A stretch of 17,395 nt of DNA. It comes from Aulosira sp. ZfuVER01. GTDB taxonomy: Bacteria > Cyanobacteriota > Cyanobacteriia > Cyanobacteriales > Nostocaceae. Positions within the stretch are counted from its first letter, which is position 1. Every line of letters starts with the position of its first letter. The translations under genes and the position numbers were made by a program. Under the pieces are notes generated by a model. That model was not told the origin of the DNA. It made no database searches and was given only the letters and a program-made list of their open reading frames with translations. Positions 8,701 to 16,508 of the stretch are shown here, piece after piece. The stretch covers positions 1 through 17,395 of the forward strand of contig JAVRCV020000044.1 of assembly GCA_034530615.2 (NCBI GenBank), written 5' to 3'.

Positions 8701-11038
8701 CATTCAGATTTAATCCGGTAATTTGGGGAGTTGGTTCCAACGCCACAGCAATATTACCCGCCGCCTTTAAACCAGGTGCAGTTGCTTGGACAATTTGCAG
8801 TCCACTGCCATTCCATTGAAATTCGGCAGTTAGTGGTTGTGTGAGTGCCGCTAAACCTTGGGAAAATCTCACATTACCTGCGGCTTGAATGTTCTGCGGT
8901 TGGAAGGAAGCAGTAGTTCCCGCCGCTAGTACATCACCATTTAACCGCCCGCGTAAATTTTGTGATAAATTATTCAGTTGAACTTGGGAAATATTGGCTA
9001 AAGCTTGCCAGTTACCGTTCTTCAAATTGATATTTCTTAAGTTAACTGTTCCCTTAGCTAAACTCAACCGCGCTTCTCCAGCGGCTTGAATGTTATTTAA
9101 CGCAAAGGAATTAGTATTACCTGCAATCTGTACATTACTATTAACAATCTGTCCTTGAACATTTTTGGCAAATTGATTGAGTTGAATACCGGAAGCATTC
9201 GCTACAGCTTGCCACAAACCGTTATTGAGGCGGATATTATTGAGGTTAACTCTACCGCCAGCGACATTCAAATTCGCTTGTCCGGAGGCTTGAATGTTAG
9301 GTAGTTGGAATGATTTTGTAGTTCCCGCTAAATTGAATACACCGTTTAAAGTACCTTGAAATTGCGGTGGTAAGGTTGCGTTAGAGTTTTCTTGAGTGCG
9401 TGTAGCTTGAGCTAAACTATTGACAGGAACGCGAGAAGCATCAACAAAAGCTTGCCAGCGATCGCCTATCAGTTGTCCTCGTGCTGCAACTGTACCCCCC
9501 GCTACTTGAAATGCTGTATTTTGAATCTGGACGATTCCCTTGTTAACTGCTAATTCGACTTTACCGGGATAAGTAGCTAGAGGTGCTTGGATTTGCACTA
9601 GAGTTTGTAAATTAGCGAGAGTTCCCGAAACTTGGGTATTGGCTGAGACTGTACCAATGCGAATGTTATTTAAATTTGCATTGTAAGTCTGCGCGATCGC
9701 ATCTCCTGGTAACTTCGTCGCCTGCAAGTTTATCGCAACTTTCCCCTGCTTTCCTAAGCCAACTCGACCCTTACCAGTAATCTGTCCGCCTAAGGTTGGG
9801 GTTGCTTGAATTTGAGAAATGATAATTTGCTGGGGTGTTCCGCGAAACTGAGTGGTGATTTTCTCAAAGCTAACGCGATCGATCGCAGCAGGTTTAATGG
9901 TACTCACCGCACCTGTTAACACCGGCTGTTTAATTGCACCTTGCAACTTGATATTTGCAGTGAAGTCTCCAGCAGTTGCGATCGGTAGTTTAGCGTTAAA
10001 GGTTTGTAAAAGGTTTTGAGTGCTAACAGCTTTTACATCGGCTGTGAGGTTATAACCTGTTTGCGTATTTATCCACCCATTGATTTGTGCAGGAATGTTA
10101 CCCAAGCTTGCAGTAAAACCTTCCAGCGCAACCTGCTCACCTTGAAATTGTAGTTTACCTGTGGTATTAGTTATTTTCGTAGGAAAATTATTAATCTGTG
10201 CTACTACTTGATTAACGCCAACTGTGCCAAAAACAGTTGTTTTCGGCTGATTTCGTTGGAACTTAACGGTCAAATCGCCATCTATACTTCCAGCCTGCAA
10301 GTTTACAGGTGTCTGCACCAATTGCGTCAGATTAGGTGCGAATAAACTAGCGGTACGAACTTTGAGGGTTGTTTGTGCGGTTTTCGGAAGCGTCTCTCCA
10401 GCAATCTGTAAACTTCCTCCACTAATAGCTTGAGCGCTACCATCAAAATTAATACGTTGATTTTGCTCTAAAAAACGGGCAATCCCATTAAGTTGATTGA
10501 ACCCAACTATTACTCTCGGTTTACCTTGGGGGATATATGGTGACAAAGCAAGACCACCATTTTGCAACCGTAGTGATTCTAGTTGAGTTTGGATAAAACC
10601 TTTGCGTTCTTGAGATGCAGTATTGAGTCTAGTTGAAACCCAGCGCCCTTGTCGATCCTGTTCGATATAAACAGCAGGCTGAATTAAGGTAACATTTAGC
10701 TTTAATGTCCGGTTGAAAACTAATCGCCAAGGATCGAATCCTACGTCTACAGCTTGTGCTACCAGTCTATCGGGATCTGTGGTTGTTGGGGGAATTGATG
10801 TTGTACCAAAACGCAAACTATTGGGTGAAAAACTTTCAACTGCGCCTAAATTTACAGGTCTTCCTAGCAAATCTAACAGATTGCTTTCAATTAATGGTAC
10901 TAGTCTTTGATGAATAAAAATATTTGCCCACCAAATACCTCCCAAAATTCCAGCGATTAAAACTACTCCTAAAGCAATGCTGGTACGAGTTAATAACAGC
11001 AGCCATAAACGCCGATTAGAATCCGGAGAGCGTGTCAT
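5780..11038 (-). CDS. tamB: Translocation/assembly module TamB (AsmA-like, C-terminal DUF490), 1752 aa
   Basis: Single N-terminal TM anchor, long Gly/Asn-rich beta-strand body, and DUF490-type C-terminus (GTLAKPRPQG, FDPTLDV, LTSEP, YRLND...EYETRF). AGAGGA lies upstream of the ATG. Confidence 0.92.
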   Translation of the reverse strand: MTRSPDSNRRLWLLLLTRTSIALGVVLIAGILGGIWWANIFIHQRLVPLIESNLLDLLGRPVNLGAVESFSPNSLRFGTTSIPPTTTDPDRLVAQAVDVGFDPWRLVFNRTLKLNVTLIQPAVYIEQDRQGRWVSTRLNTASQERKGFIQTQLESLRLQNGGLALSPYIPQGKPRVIVGFNQLNGIARFLEQNQRINFDGSAQAISGGSLQIAGETLPKTAQTTLKVRTASLFAPNLTQLVQTPVNLQAGSIDGDLTVKFQRNQPKTTVFGTVGVNQVVAQINNFPTKITNTTGKLQFQGEQVALEGFTASLGNIPAQINGWINTQTGYNLTADVKAVSTQNLLQTFNAKLPIATAGDFTANIKLQGAIKQPVLTGAVSTIKPAAIDRVSFEKITTQFRGTPQQIIISQIQATPTLGGQITGKGRVGLGKQGKVAINLQATKLPGDAIAQTYNANLNNIRIGTVSANTQVSGTLANLQTLVQIQAPLATYPGKVELAVNKGIVQIQNTAFQVAGGTVAARGQLIGDRWQAFVDASRVPVNSLAQATRTQENSNATLPPQFQGTLNGVFNLAGTTKSFQLPNIQASGQANLNVAGGRVNLNNIRLNNGLWQAVANASGIQLNQFAKNVQGQIVNSNVQIAGNTNSFALNNIQAAGEARLSLAKGTVNLRNINLKNGNWQALANISQVQLNNLSQNLRGRLNGDVLAAGTTASFQPQNIQAAGNVRFSQGLAALTQPLTAEFQWNGSGLQIVQATAPGLKAAGNIAVALEPTPQITGLNLNVQAQNYNLQSLPVKLPGNIALAGRVDFNGQVAGTPTTPIANGNIRLENLAVNGLAFDPVLTGNVSYQQGQGTQFQVAGRQDQIAFSLGANNRPTAFNIRRDNTIATGNTVGDTLTVNVQKFPISIAKSFIPANANLGTINGKLSGNLAVNLNDYSLVGNVAVAQPRIGRIQADEFRGNISYGNGNFSLNNGELLQGETRYALSGILPTTGNNPLKFEVSFDQAKVQNILQTLNIYNFQDVRTGLQAPKLAGAEALQTQPVSLPDTNLLGQIAYVSKIQNQVSQERTQEQASRRIPTLEELQGIISGRLGVTGSLRSGLNIGFNFTGDNWVWGNYNINQIVASGNYENGNLTLLPLQVNFNNSLIAFNGQLSQKALSGQAQVQNLALADIKPFFPQLPVDITGNVNANATLSGNLNNPQAVGELALVNGNLNNQSIQSAQVAFNYNNAQLNFDSNVLVTGTQPIQINGSVPAKLPFASAQPDSNQISIQANVKDEGLAVLNVLNNQVKWVDGQGQVNVAVQGTLARPETTGTATINNATINVQSLSEPLTNVTGTARFAGDRLIVDNLQAQYSRGQLTAAGILPIFASQNAQQQAAANPLTVALDNLRVNLEGLYQGGVSGNAVITGTAFAPQLGGRIELNDGEVSLKQGTSRTSGKTPDAANSPVITVTKPEQATATNSANSATTPTTSNTPKIPIEFDNLQLVLANDVRVISQPLFSFVAQGEIALNGTLAKPRPQGKVSLRGGQINLFTSQFTLARGYDQTAVFTPNRGFDPTLDVRLVTIVPEATRTLSRTSPVSSEIRDISAINFGTLNSVRIQAIAKGPASELSQNLVLTSEPRRSRGEIVALLGGSILNNLQQGDTGLGLVNLAGSAIFSNLQGTISQIGQTIGLSELRLFPSLVTNRNTNVSVLGLAAEGVFDVSRNFSVSLSRVFASNEPLNYNVIYRLNDEVRVRGSTNLGDEGRAVVEYETRF

Positions 11039-11206
11039 CTCTCATCCTCTGGTGATAAGCCTTGCAAATAAATGCGCATATACATAGGGTCTACTTTATT
11101 AGACTGCCTTAAAATGCTGATTCTAAAATCATCTCTGCGATAGATTGCATTTTTTCCCGTACCATACCGAAGATGTAGGATGTATATTCCACAAGTGGAG
11201 AAAAAT

Positions 11207-12877
11207 TCAGGCTCCTGGTTTAAAATAATCGAGGAGGCGATCGCCAGAATCTGCACGAATTAATGCCACAACTACATCGGGTAAAGCTGTCAAACTAGGG
11301 TAAACCAGATAGCGAGGTTCCCAATGGGGGCGAAACTTTTCTTTATAGGCGTGTAAGCCTTTAAAGTTGTAGAAGCGATTTAAATGTTCGTAAAGATAGC
11401 CTAATACTCTCTCCAAACGGCGCGATTCTGGGGTTTCACCAACTCCCGCCAGTGCAGAAAGCGCAAAATTAAAGCTATCGTAGTTTTTTTCCTTAAAGTA
11501 CTGAAGCATGGAAGCAAATAAAACATCCATTGTCCCATTCTCCATCAATGGACGATGCCGCATCATATCGAGAGTTACTTCATTAAGTTGATATTCTGGC
11601 ACAATATTGGCAAAAGCTTTGATTTTTCCTTCAGGATCGTAAACGACAGCAATTACACATTCCCGCAGGTAAGCTTCGTCAAACCAACCTAGAGAAAACT
11701 TTTTTTCTGAACCTTGCACCATTCTCAACCATTCATCACTCACAGGTTTTAGCTGACGCAACAATTCATCACTAATTGGTGGCTGGTAAAACTTGACTTC
11801 ATATCCTAGTTTCGTCAATTTATTGATAGCAGGTCGAAAGTTTTTCCCAGCTTTGCCTTGTAAAGTAAAATTTTTCAGGTCAACGATCGCTTCTTCCCCA
11901 ATCTTCAGTACCCTAAAACCTAGAGATATGTAGATGTCCAAATCGTCTGGCAAAGTTTGGTAAAAAGCCGGATACCAATCGTTACGCTGACAGAACTGCC
12001 CAAAGCCAATGATAACCTCTTTGCGGTCTTCTATCGGCCCAATCGGATCTCCTAAGGCGATCGCACCTCGTCCTTTGGGAACATAGGCGATCGTACTCCG
12101 ACCAGAAGGACTAAAATAATAACTTTTATCATTTAATAGCGTATAAGCTGCTAAAGAAGACTTCCCATACTTTTCGACAATTTCCTTGGCTTTTTTTCGC
12201 TCATTTGCTGTAGCGGGATTACGTAAAAAAACTGGTTGCAACAGCATGACAAAGGCATAAGTAAAGGTACAAGCTGCAATTACATAAATAGAATCAGCAA
12301 AAAAGTTACCAAACCTAGTTTTTGGTTGCAGTCCAGCATTATCTTCTGTAAGGAACATTGCTAAAGTTTGAACTACTGCTGCACCCCAATCAAAATTTAC
12401 CGAAAATTTGCCATCTAGAAGGTAAAAGCCAATTGTTCCATAAGCTAAAGTAAACAGCAAAGCACCAAATAATACCCGGACTCCTCGTGCAATTGAAGGA
12501 CGGTCTGATTGTGCTGTAAACAAATGGCGCATCCACATTAATTGCAGTAGCAAAATACCTGAAAGTATACTTTCTTCATAGTCCCAACCCTTCAGCAAAT
12601 GGCTAATAATCGAAATTACTAATAAACCAACTGTCAGCACCCAAGCAACTCGTTTTCGCCGCAATAAATTAGTTGCCAATGCTAGTAAAGCGAACCCAGC
12701 TAAAGCCGCAAATATATGACCGCTGGCACGAATTTCAAATGGTAAAAACTGCTTGAGCCAGTGATTGCGTTCGGGTAGAGTAGGAGTCACGGCTGAGATT
12801 AAATTTACCACTCCTACCAAAGCCGTCAGCAAAGCTGCACTTTTAAGTCCAATCTGAGTTTTTAATTGAGAATTCAT
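11207..12877 (-). CDS. Phosphatidylglycerol lysyltransferase-domain (DUF2156) protein, MprF synthase-like, lacking the flippase domain, 556 aa
   Basis: About 6 N-terminal TM segments, then DKSYYFS, ALGDPIGP, KIGEEAIVDL, EKKFSLG, LDMMR, NGTMD and FYNFKGLHAYKEKFRPHWEPRYL. Confidence 0.92.
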   Translation of the reverse strand: MNSQLKTQIGLKSAALLTALVGVVNLISAVTPTLPERNHWLKQFLPFEIRASGHIFAALAGFALLALATNLLRRKRVAWVLTVGLLVISIISHLLKGWDYEESILSGILLLQLMWMRHLFTAQSDRPSIARGVRVLFGALLFTLAYGTIGFYLLDGKFSVNFDWGAAVVQTLAMFLTEDNAGLQPKTRFGNFFADSIYVIAACTFTYAFVMLLQPVFLRNPATANERKKAKEIVEKYGKSSLAAYTLLNDKSYYFSPSGRSTIAYVPKGRGAIALGDPIGPIEDRKEVIIGFGQFCQRNDWYPAFYQTLPDDLDIYISLGFRVLKIGEEAIVDLKNFTLQGKAGKNFRPAINKLTKLGYEVKFYQPPISDELLRQLKPVSDEWLRMVQGSEKKFSLGWFDEAYLRECVIAVVYDPEGKIKAFANIVPEYQLNEVTLDMMRHRPLMENGTMDVLFASMLQYFKEKNYDSFNFALSALAGVGETPESRRLERVLGYLYEHLNRFYNFKGLHAYKEKFRPHWEPRYLVYPSLTALPDVVVALIRADSGDRLLDYFKPGA

Positions 12878-12929
12878 CTGTTATTAACGATCGGCGTTTA
12901 GTTACAAAATATTATTAATAGTATTTGAC

Positions 12930-13838
12930 TTAAATTTTTAATTTTGAATTACTAAACTGTTTTCCTACATAGGAAAGTGAATCTTTGAGGTGTTTATGAA
13001 AGTAGTTCCAACCCACATCAGCACCAGATAAACCATGCCCTCCTGGAAACGCATAAAATACATGAGCAACACCTAATTTATTTAAGGTTTCATTAAAAGA
13101 TTTTGTAGAAGCAAGTAAATTACTATCGTTAATTCCGGCATCAAGGTATACACGCAATCGCTTTCTGTCTTGAATTGATAACTGTTGTACAATCTGTTGA
13201 GGGCTATTTTGCGGGCCGCTTTTATCTGTAAAATAACCGCTATGACTAAAGAAAACATTGAAGTTATTCAGATGGCGTAACCCAATATTCAATGCACCCC
13301 ATCCTCCAGAAGATACACCTCCTATTGCCCAAAATTGTGGGTTATCCAAGGTGCGGTAGTGGGACTTCACTACGTTGACTAATTCCGAACCTATCCAAGT
13401 ACCTACTTTACCATTAGGGCCATCAAAATAATCGGGATCGTACAAAGGGCTAGAACCTCGATTATCATTGCCATCTGGTGTAATTAAAATTGATGGTGGC
13501 AATTGTTTACTTTGATAAAGTTCGTGCAATATATTCAATAGTGCATATTTGTCAGCATAAGCACGAGCATCGTCATGGCCGCCGTGCAATAAAAATATCA
13601 CCGGATAACGCTTTTGGGGATTTTTATGATAGCCAGGAGGTAAAATTACCCCATAGTTACGGACTGCTCCCATTGCTTGAGAGTTAAAACTTTCTACCTG
13701 AAAACTCAGCCCTGTATTAGCTTGCTCTTCGGGTCGGTCTAATTGTGGCGCACCTAAAATAAACACGTAGTAGTAACCAGCAGCAGTTAAGACAGCGATC
13801 GCTCCTGCCAAACTAATTACAACTTTAGAAATTCTCAT
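12930..13838 (-). CDS. Alpha/beta-hydrolase (putative esterase family) with N-terminal membrane anchor or signal, 302 aa
   Basis: YPVIFLLHGG, nucleophile elbow GVSSGG, LDAGIND and PGGH; hydrophobic residues 6-28. Confidence 0.9.
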   Translation of the reverse strand: MRISKVVISLAGAIAVLTAAGYYYVFILGAPQLDRPEEQANTGLSFQVESFNSQAMGAVRNYGVILPPGYHKNPQKRYPVIFLLHGGHDDARAYADKYALLNILHELYQSKQLPPSILITPDGNDNRGSSPLYDPDYFDGPNGKVGTWIGSELVNVVKSHYRTLDNPQFWAIGGVSSGGWGALNIGLRHLNNFNVFFSHSGYFTDKSGPQNSPQQIVQQLSIQDRKRLRVYLDAGINDSNLLASTKSFNETLNKLGVAHVFYAFPGGHGLSGADVGWNYFHKHLKDSLSYVGKQFSNSKLKI

Positions 13839-13919
13839 ATTTATTTAGTGCTTTATCAATAACATCTCACAATATTTAACTATAATTAATATTTTTTAAA
13901 TAAGCAATATATAGTATTT

Positions 13920-13943
13920 GTAGGGTGGGCAATGTCCACCCCA
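13920..13943. repeat. GTAGGGTGGGCAATG(C/T)CCACC palindromic dispersed repeat
   Basis: Hairpin with a GTAG head. A related copy lies at 15653-15672, with degenerate ones near 45-65 and 2608-2660. Confidence 0.7.
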
Positions 13944-13957
13944 TGCAGATGATAAAG

Positions 13958-14929
13958 TTAATTATTTGGAGTACTTTTAGCTCGCTCCAAGCTTAAATTA
14001 TCAGCAGCGTGCGCTATCTGTGATATGCGAAATTGTTCGCCTACAAAAGTTAAAGAATCTGCCAGATGTTCGCGCCAGTATTCCCAAGTGTGACTGCCAG
14101 GAAATTGATGAAATATATTATATATTTTTAGTTGGTTGAGCACTCGAGTAAACTGTTTAGCTTCATCGAGTTCTTCCGTATCTGAAGCACCAGAATCTAA
14201 ATAAATCTTCAATCTTTTTTTAGGTTGTGGCGAAATATTTTTGATATAAATTATCGGACTATTTTGCGGGCCGCTTTTATCTTTAAAATAACCACTATGA
14301 CTAAACAAAATTGAGAAGCGAGGTAAGTTATGTAATCCTACATTGATTGCACCCCAACCACCAGATGACAGTCCACCCATAGCCCAAAAATCAGGATTGG
14401 ATAGTGTCCGATAGCGGCTTTTAACCACTTTTACTAATTCATCACCAACGGCGGTAGATACATTACCTTGCGGCCCATCGATATATTGAGGGTCCCAATA
14501 AGGACTAGTACCACGTTTGTCGTTACCGTCAGGAGTAATGATAATACTAGGCGGTAACTTGTTAGTAGCATAAAGCTTTTCTAAGGTCTTGAGAGCCTGT
14601 CCTTTCTTTTGATCGAACCAAGAATTAGGATCGCCGTGTCCACCATGAAGCAGAAAAATTACAGGATAGCGTTGTTGGGTATGTTGCTCATAGCCAGGAG
14701 GTAAAGAAATTCCATAAGTGCGCTTTCCTCCCATCACTTTGCTATCGTAAGTTTCTAATTTGTAAGTGAGTGGTTTAGCTAATTCATTAGTATTGGGCTG
14801 TGGCGGTAAGATTGAAATAGTTGGCTGTAATTGTTGAGCTGGCTGTGCGGCTACATCTTGAGAGTAACGACAACTTATGAGCGTAAGTAGGGAAACTAGT
14901 AGTAAAATTTGAGATGGTTTATACTGCAT
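13958..14929 (-). CDS. Alpha/beta-hydrolase (putative esterase family), predicted lipoprotein, 323 aa
   Basis: Signal peptide ending LISC; YPVIFLLHGG, GLSSGG, LDSGASD and PGSHTW. Clear paralog of the downstream esterase. Confidence 0.9.
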   Translation of the reverse strand: MQYKPSQILLLVSLLTLISCRYSQDVAAQPAQQLQPTISILPPQPNTNELAKPLTYKLETYDSKVMGGKRTYGISLPPGYEQHTQQRYPVIFLLHGGHGDPNSWFDQKKGQALKTLEKLYATNKLPPSIIITPDGNDKRGTSPYWDPQYIDGPQGNVSTAVGDELVKVVKSRYRTLSNPDFWAMGGLSSGGWGAINVGLHNLPRFSILFSHSGYFKDKSGPQNSPIIYIKNISPQPKKRLKIYLDSGASDTEELDEAKQFTRVLNQLKIYNIFHQFPGSHTWEYWREHLADSLTFVGEQFRISQIAHAADNLSLERAKSTPNN

Positions 14930-15158
14930 TTAAATATCAATTATTAATCTGCATTTTTATTACTCAATAGAGTAACTAATTAAGGGTAAAATAAAAATGC
15001 ATAGCTAAAGTAATTTACTAGCAATTTACTTCAGCTATGATTTTAGTAGTTAACCGAATGGACTTTATATAAGAGAGCTTATAGTAAAGGTGTGTAGCTT
15101 TTGTGTCAATTTAATGGAAATATTGCGACTATATTCAGCTGTATAATCGCAATACCAA

Positions 15159-15268
15159 TAAACTTTTTGCAGAAGTGGGTAAAAGGGTAAGGGGTAAAGG
15201 GGAAAGGAATAAGAAAAACCTTTCCCTTTCCCCCTCTTATAAAAATAAATATTTTTGCAAGAGTTCTA
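15159..15268. mobile_element. MITE-like element with imperfect TIRs and internal purine/pyrimidine short repeats
   Basis: Left end taaactttttgcagaagt versus reverse-complemented right end tagaactcttgcaaaaat. Internal ggggtaaaggggaaagg pairs with cctttccctttccccc. Confidence 0.6.
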
Positions 15269-15330
15269 ATGTGTAATGTTTTTAATATAAATCGATAACC
15301 TTGAGTTAGCTCAAGATGCGATCGCGCTAC

Positions 15331-15455
15331 CAAGTAGACAGAATTAATTACACAACGTCATTGCGAATGGAGCGAAGCGAAATGAAGCAATCGCAAGGGT
15401 TGGGATTGCTTCGCTTCGCTCGCAATGACTGTAAATATTTTTGTCCAAGTACTTA
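15331..15455. repeat. Large palindromic repeat (GTCATTGCGA...GAAGCAATC...GATTGCTTCG...TCGCAATGAC) within AAGTA...TACTT ends
   Basis: Nested inverted repeats at 15357-15429 form a branched hairpin. The outer ends are imperfectly complementary. Confidence 0.8.
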
Positions 15456-15479
15456 TCTTCTTGAGTTTCTAGGAGATCC

Positions 15480-15654
15480 CTACTGCGTTCTATCAATTGT
15501 GCGATATCTGAATGGCTTCGGCTACATGATTGGCTTGTATTGTATCTTCTCCTGCCAAATCTGCAATTGTTCGTGCTACTTTGAGAATGCGATCGCGTGC
15601 TTGCTGCACTCGTTTGGCTACGCATATTGATGTTTCTCCTGTAGGTTGTTGAGT
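15480..15654 (-). pseudogene. comM: 3' remnant of a YifB/ComM Mg-chelatase-like AAA+ ATPase gene, with internal deletion and frameshift
   Basis: [17 protein letters not shown] joined to [13 protein letters not shown]...HVAEAIQ. After one extra base the frame continues [11 protein letters not shown], matching the family C-terminal AEAIQYR. Confidence 0.85.
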
Positions 15655-15690
15655 AGGTGGGCATCGCCCACCGAAACCCAATTACTTCAG

Positions 15691-15713
15691 AGGGAACAGG
15701 GAACAGGGAACAG
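15691..15713. repeat. Heptamer tandem repeat AGGGAAC, about 3.3 copies
   Basis: agggaac agggaac agggaac ag read directly. Confidence 0.9.
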
Positions 15714-15740
15714 TGTATCCCACGGCAAAAGAGGTGAGAT

Positions 15741-15854
15741 TGAAACAAGGCGGAAATAAACATACCACTCTCAATCGTGCAAAAGCAGAAAATATAAGTC
15801 TTTTGACTTTTGACTTTTGACTTTTGACTTCTGCCTTCCGCGTAGCGGTGCTAG
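15741..15854. mobile_element. MITE-like element ending in CTAG and carrying (CTTTTGA)4
   Basis: Left caaggcggaaataaac, right ttccgcgtagcggtgctag; heptamer array at 15800-15827. The terminal CTAG overlaps the stop codon of the adjacent gene. Confidence 0.65.
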
Positions 15855-16246
15855 ACAGTTTCATCAGACTTAACAGCCGCTTGCTCTGCACCTGCTTTTA
15901 CACGGGTGATAATAGCTTTGCGGATGCGATCGCTCTTCAGCACGCCACCAGCTTGGACATATTCGGGGCTGTCTTTTCCGTATTTCCCGGCAACAGACAT
16001 TAGCATATTTTCACATAAAACACCCAAGCTTTTTTCTAACTTGTCAATATCAGTTTTGGAAGCATCAACTACAGCCAAAGCAGTGTTATGAGTGTTTATT
16101 TTATTGCGTAATTCCTCTATTTGAGCTAGCATATTTTGCAAGCTGTTAAAATTGCCAAAATCCAGATTCGGATCAATAGCTTGCATACCAGAAGCTCGCT
16201 TTTGAGCTTTTTCAAGAATACGAGATGAACGTTTGGCTAAGGTCAT
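15851..16246 (-). CDS. Conserved hypothetical protein, 131 aa (basic termini, central helical/coiled-coil region, YGKDSxEY..AGG motif)
   Basis: Strong SD (GAGGAG) 6 nt before the ATG; resembles a cyanobacterial hypothetical family as recalled. Confidence 0.88.
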   Translation of the reverse strand: MTLAKRSSRILEKAQKRASGMQAIDPNLDFGNFNSLQNMLAQIEELRNKINTHNTALAVVDASKTDIDKLEKSLGVLCENMLMSVAGKYGKDSPEYVQAGGVLKSDRIRKAIITRVKAGAEQAAVKSDETV

Positions 16247-16267
16247 AATTTACTCCTCAAGAACTTT

Positions 16268-16333
16268 TTATTACAGAACGGCGTGAAAAACTCAACTTAA
16301 TTTTGAATTTTTAATTCCGCTTTGTGGTACTAC
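16268..16333. mobile_element. Short degenerate copy of the same CTAG-type MITE family
   Basis: Left ttacagaacggcgtgaaaaac, internal aattttg/aattttt heptamers, right ttccgctttgtggtactac; same layout and orientation as 15741-15854. Confidence 0.5.
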
Positions 16334-16508
16334 TGTTAGCTTGTCTTAAAACAGCTGGATTTTGGCTCAGGGAAAATCACAAATATTTGGCTTTTTGAAA
16401 TAAGATTTAGGAATAAAATTCTGTAATTATGCGTAATATTATGTCAGTTTAAATAACCGTCATTACGACCGTAGAAAAGCAATCCCTGCAACTTCTCTAC
16501 ACAGAAAA

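Noticed and set aside
6603..10910. Small plus-strand ORFs at 6603, 8289 and 10713
   Set aside because: Antisense shadows within tamB.
11035..11256. 73-aa ORF bridging the DUF2156 gene and tamB
   Set aside because: Overlaps both neighbours with no motif or SD support; likely spurious, although translational coupling cannot be excluded.
11207..12877. Calling this gene mprF or lysX
   Set aside because: It lacks the N-terminal flippase domain and any lysyl-tRNA synthetase fusion, and its amino-acid specificity cannot be read from sequence.
13490..13687. 65-aa plus-strand ORF
   Set aside because: Antisense to the esterase.
15106..15891. ORFs 15106-15333, 15316-15630, 15344-15763 and 15682-15891
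   Set aside because: Translations of repeat or MITE DNA (PFPFTPYP, CSLFPVP, KSQKSKVK) or alternative frames of the comM remnant.
15906..16091. 61-aa plus-strand ORF
   Set aside because: Antisense shadow of the 131-aa gene.
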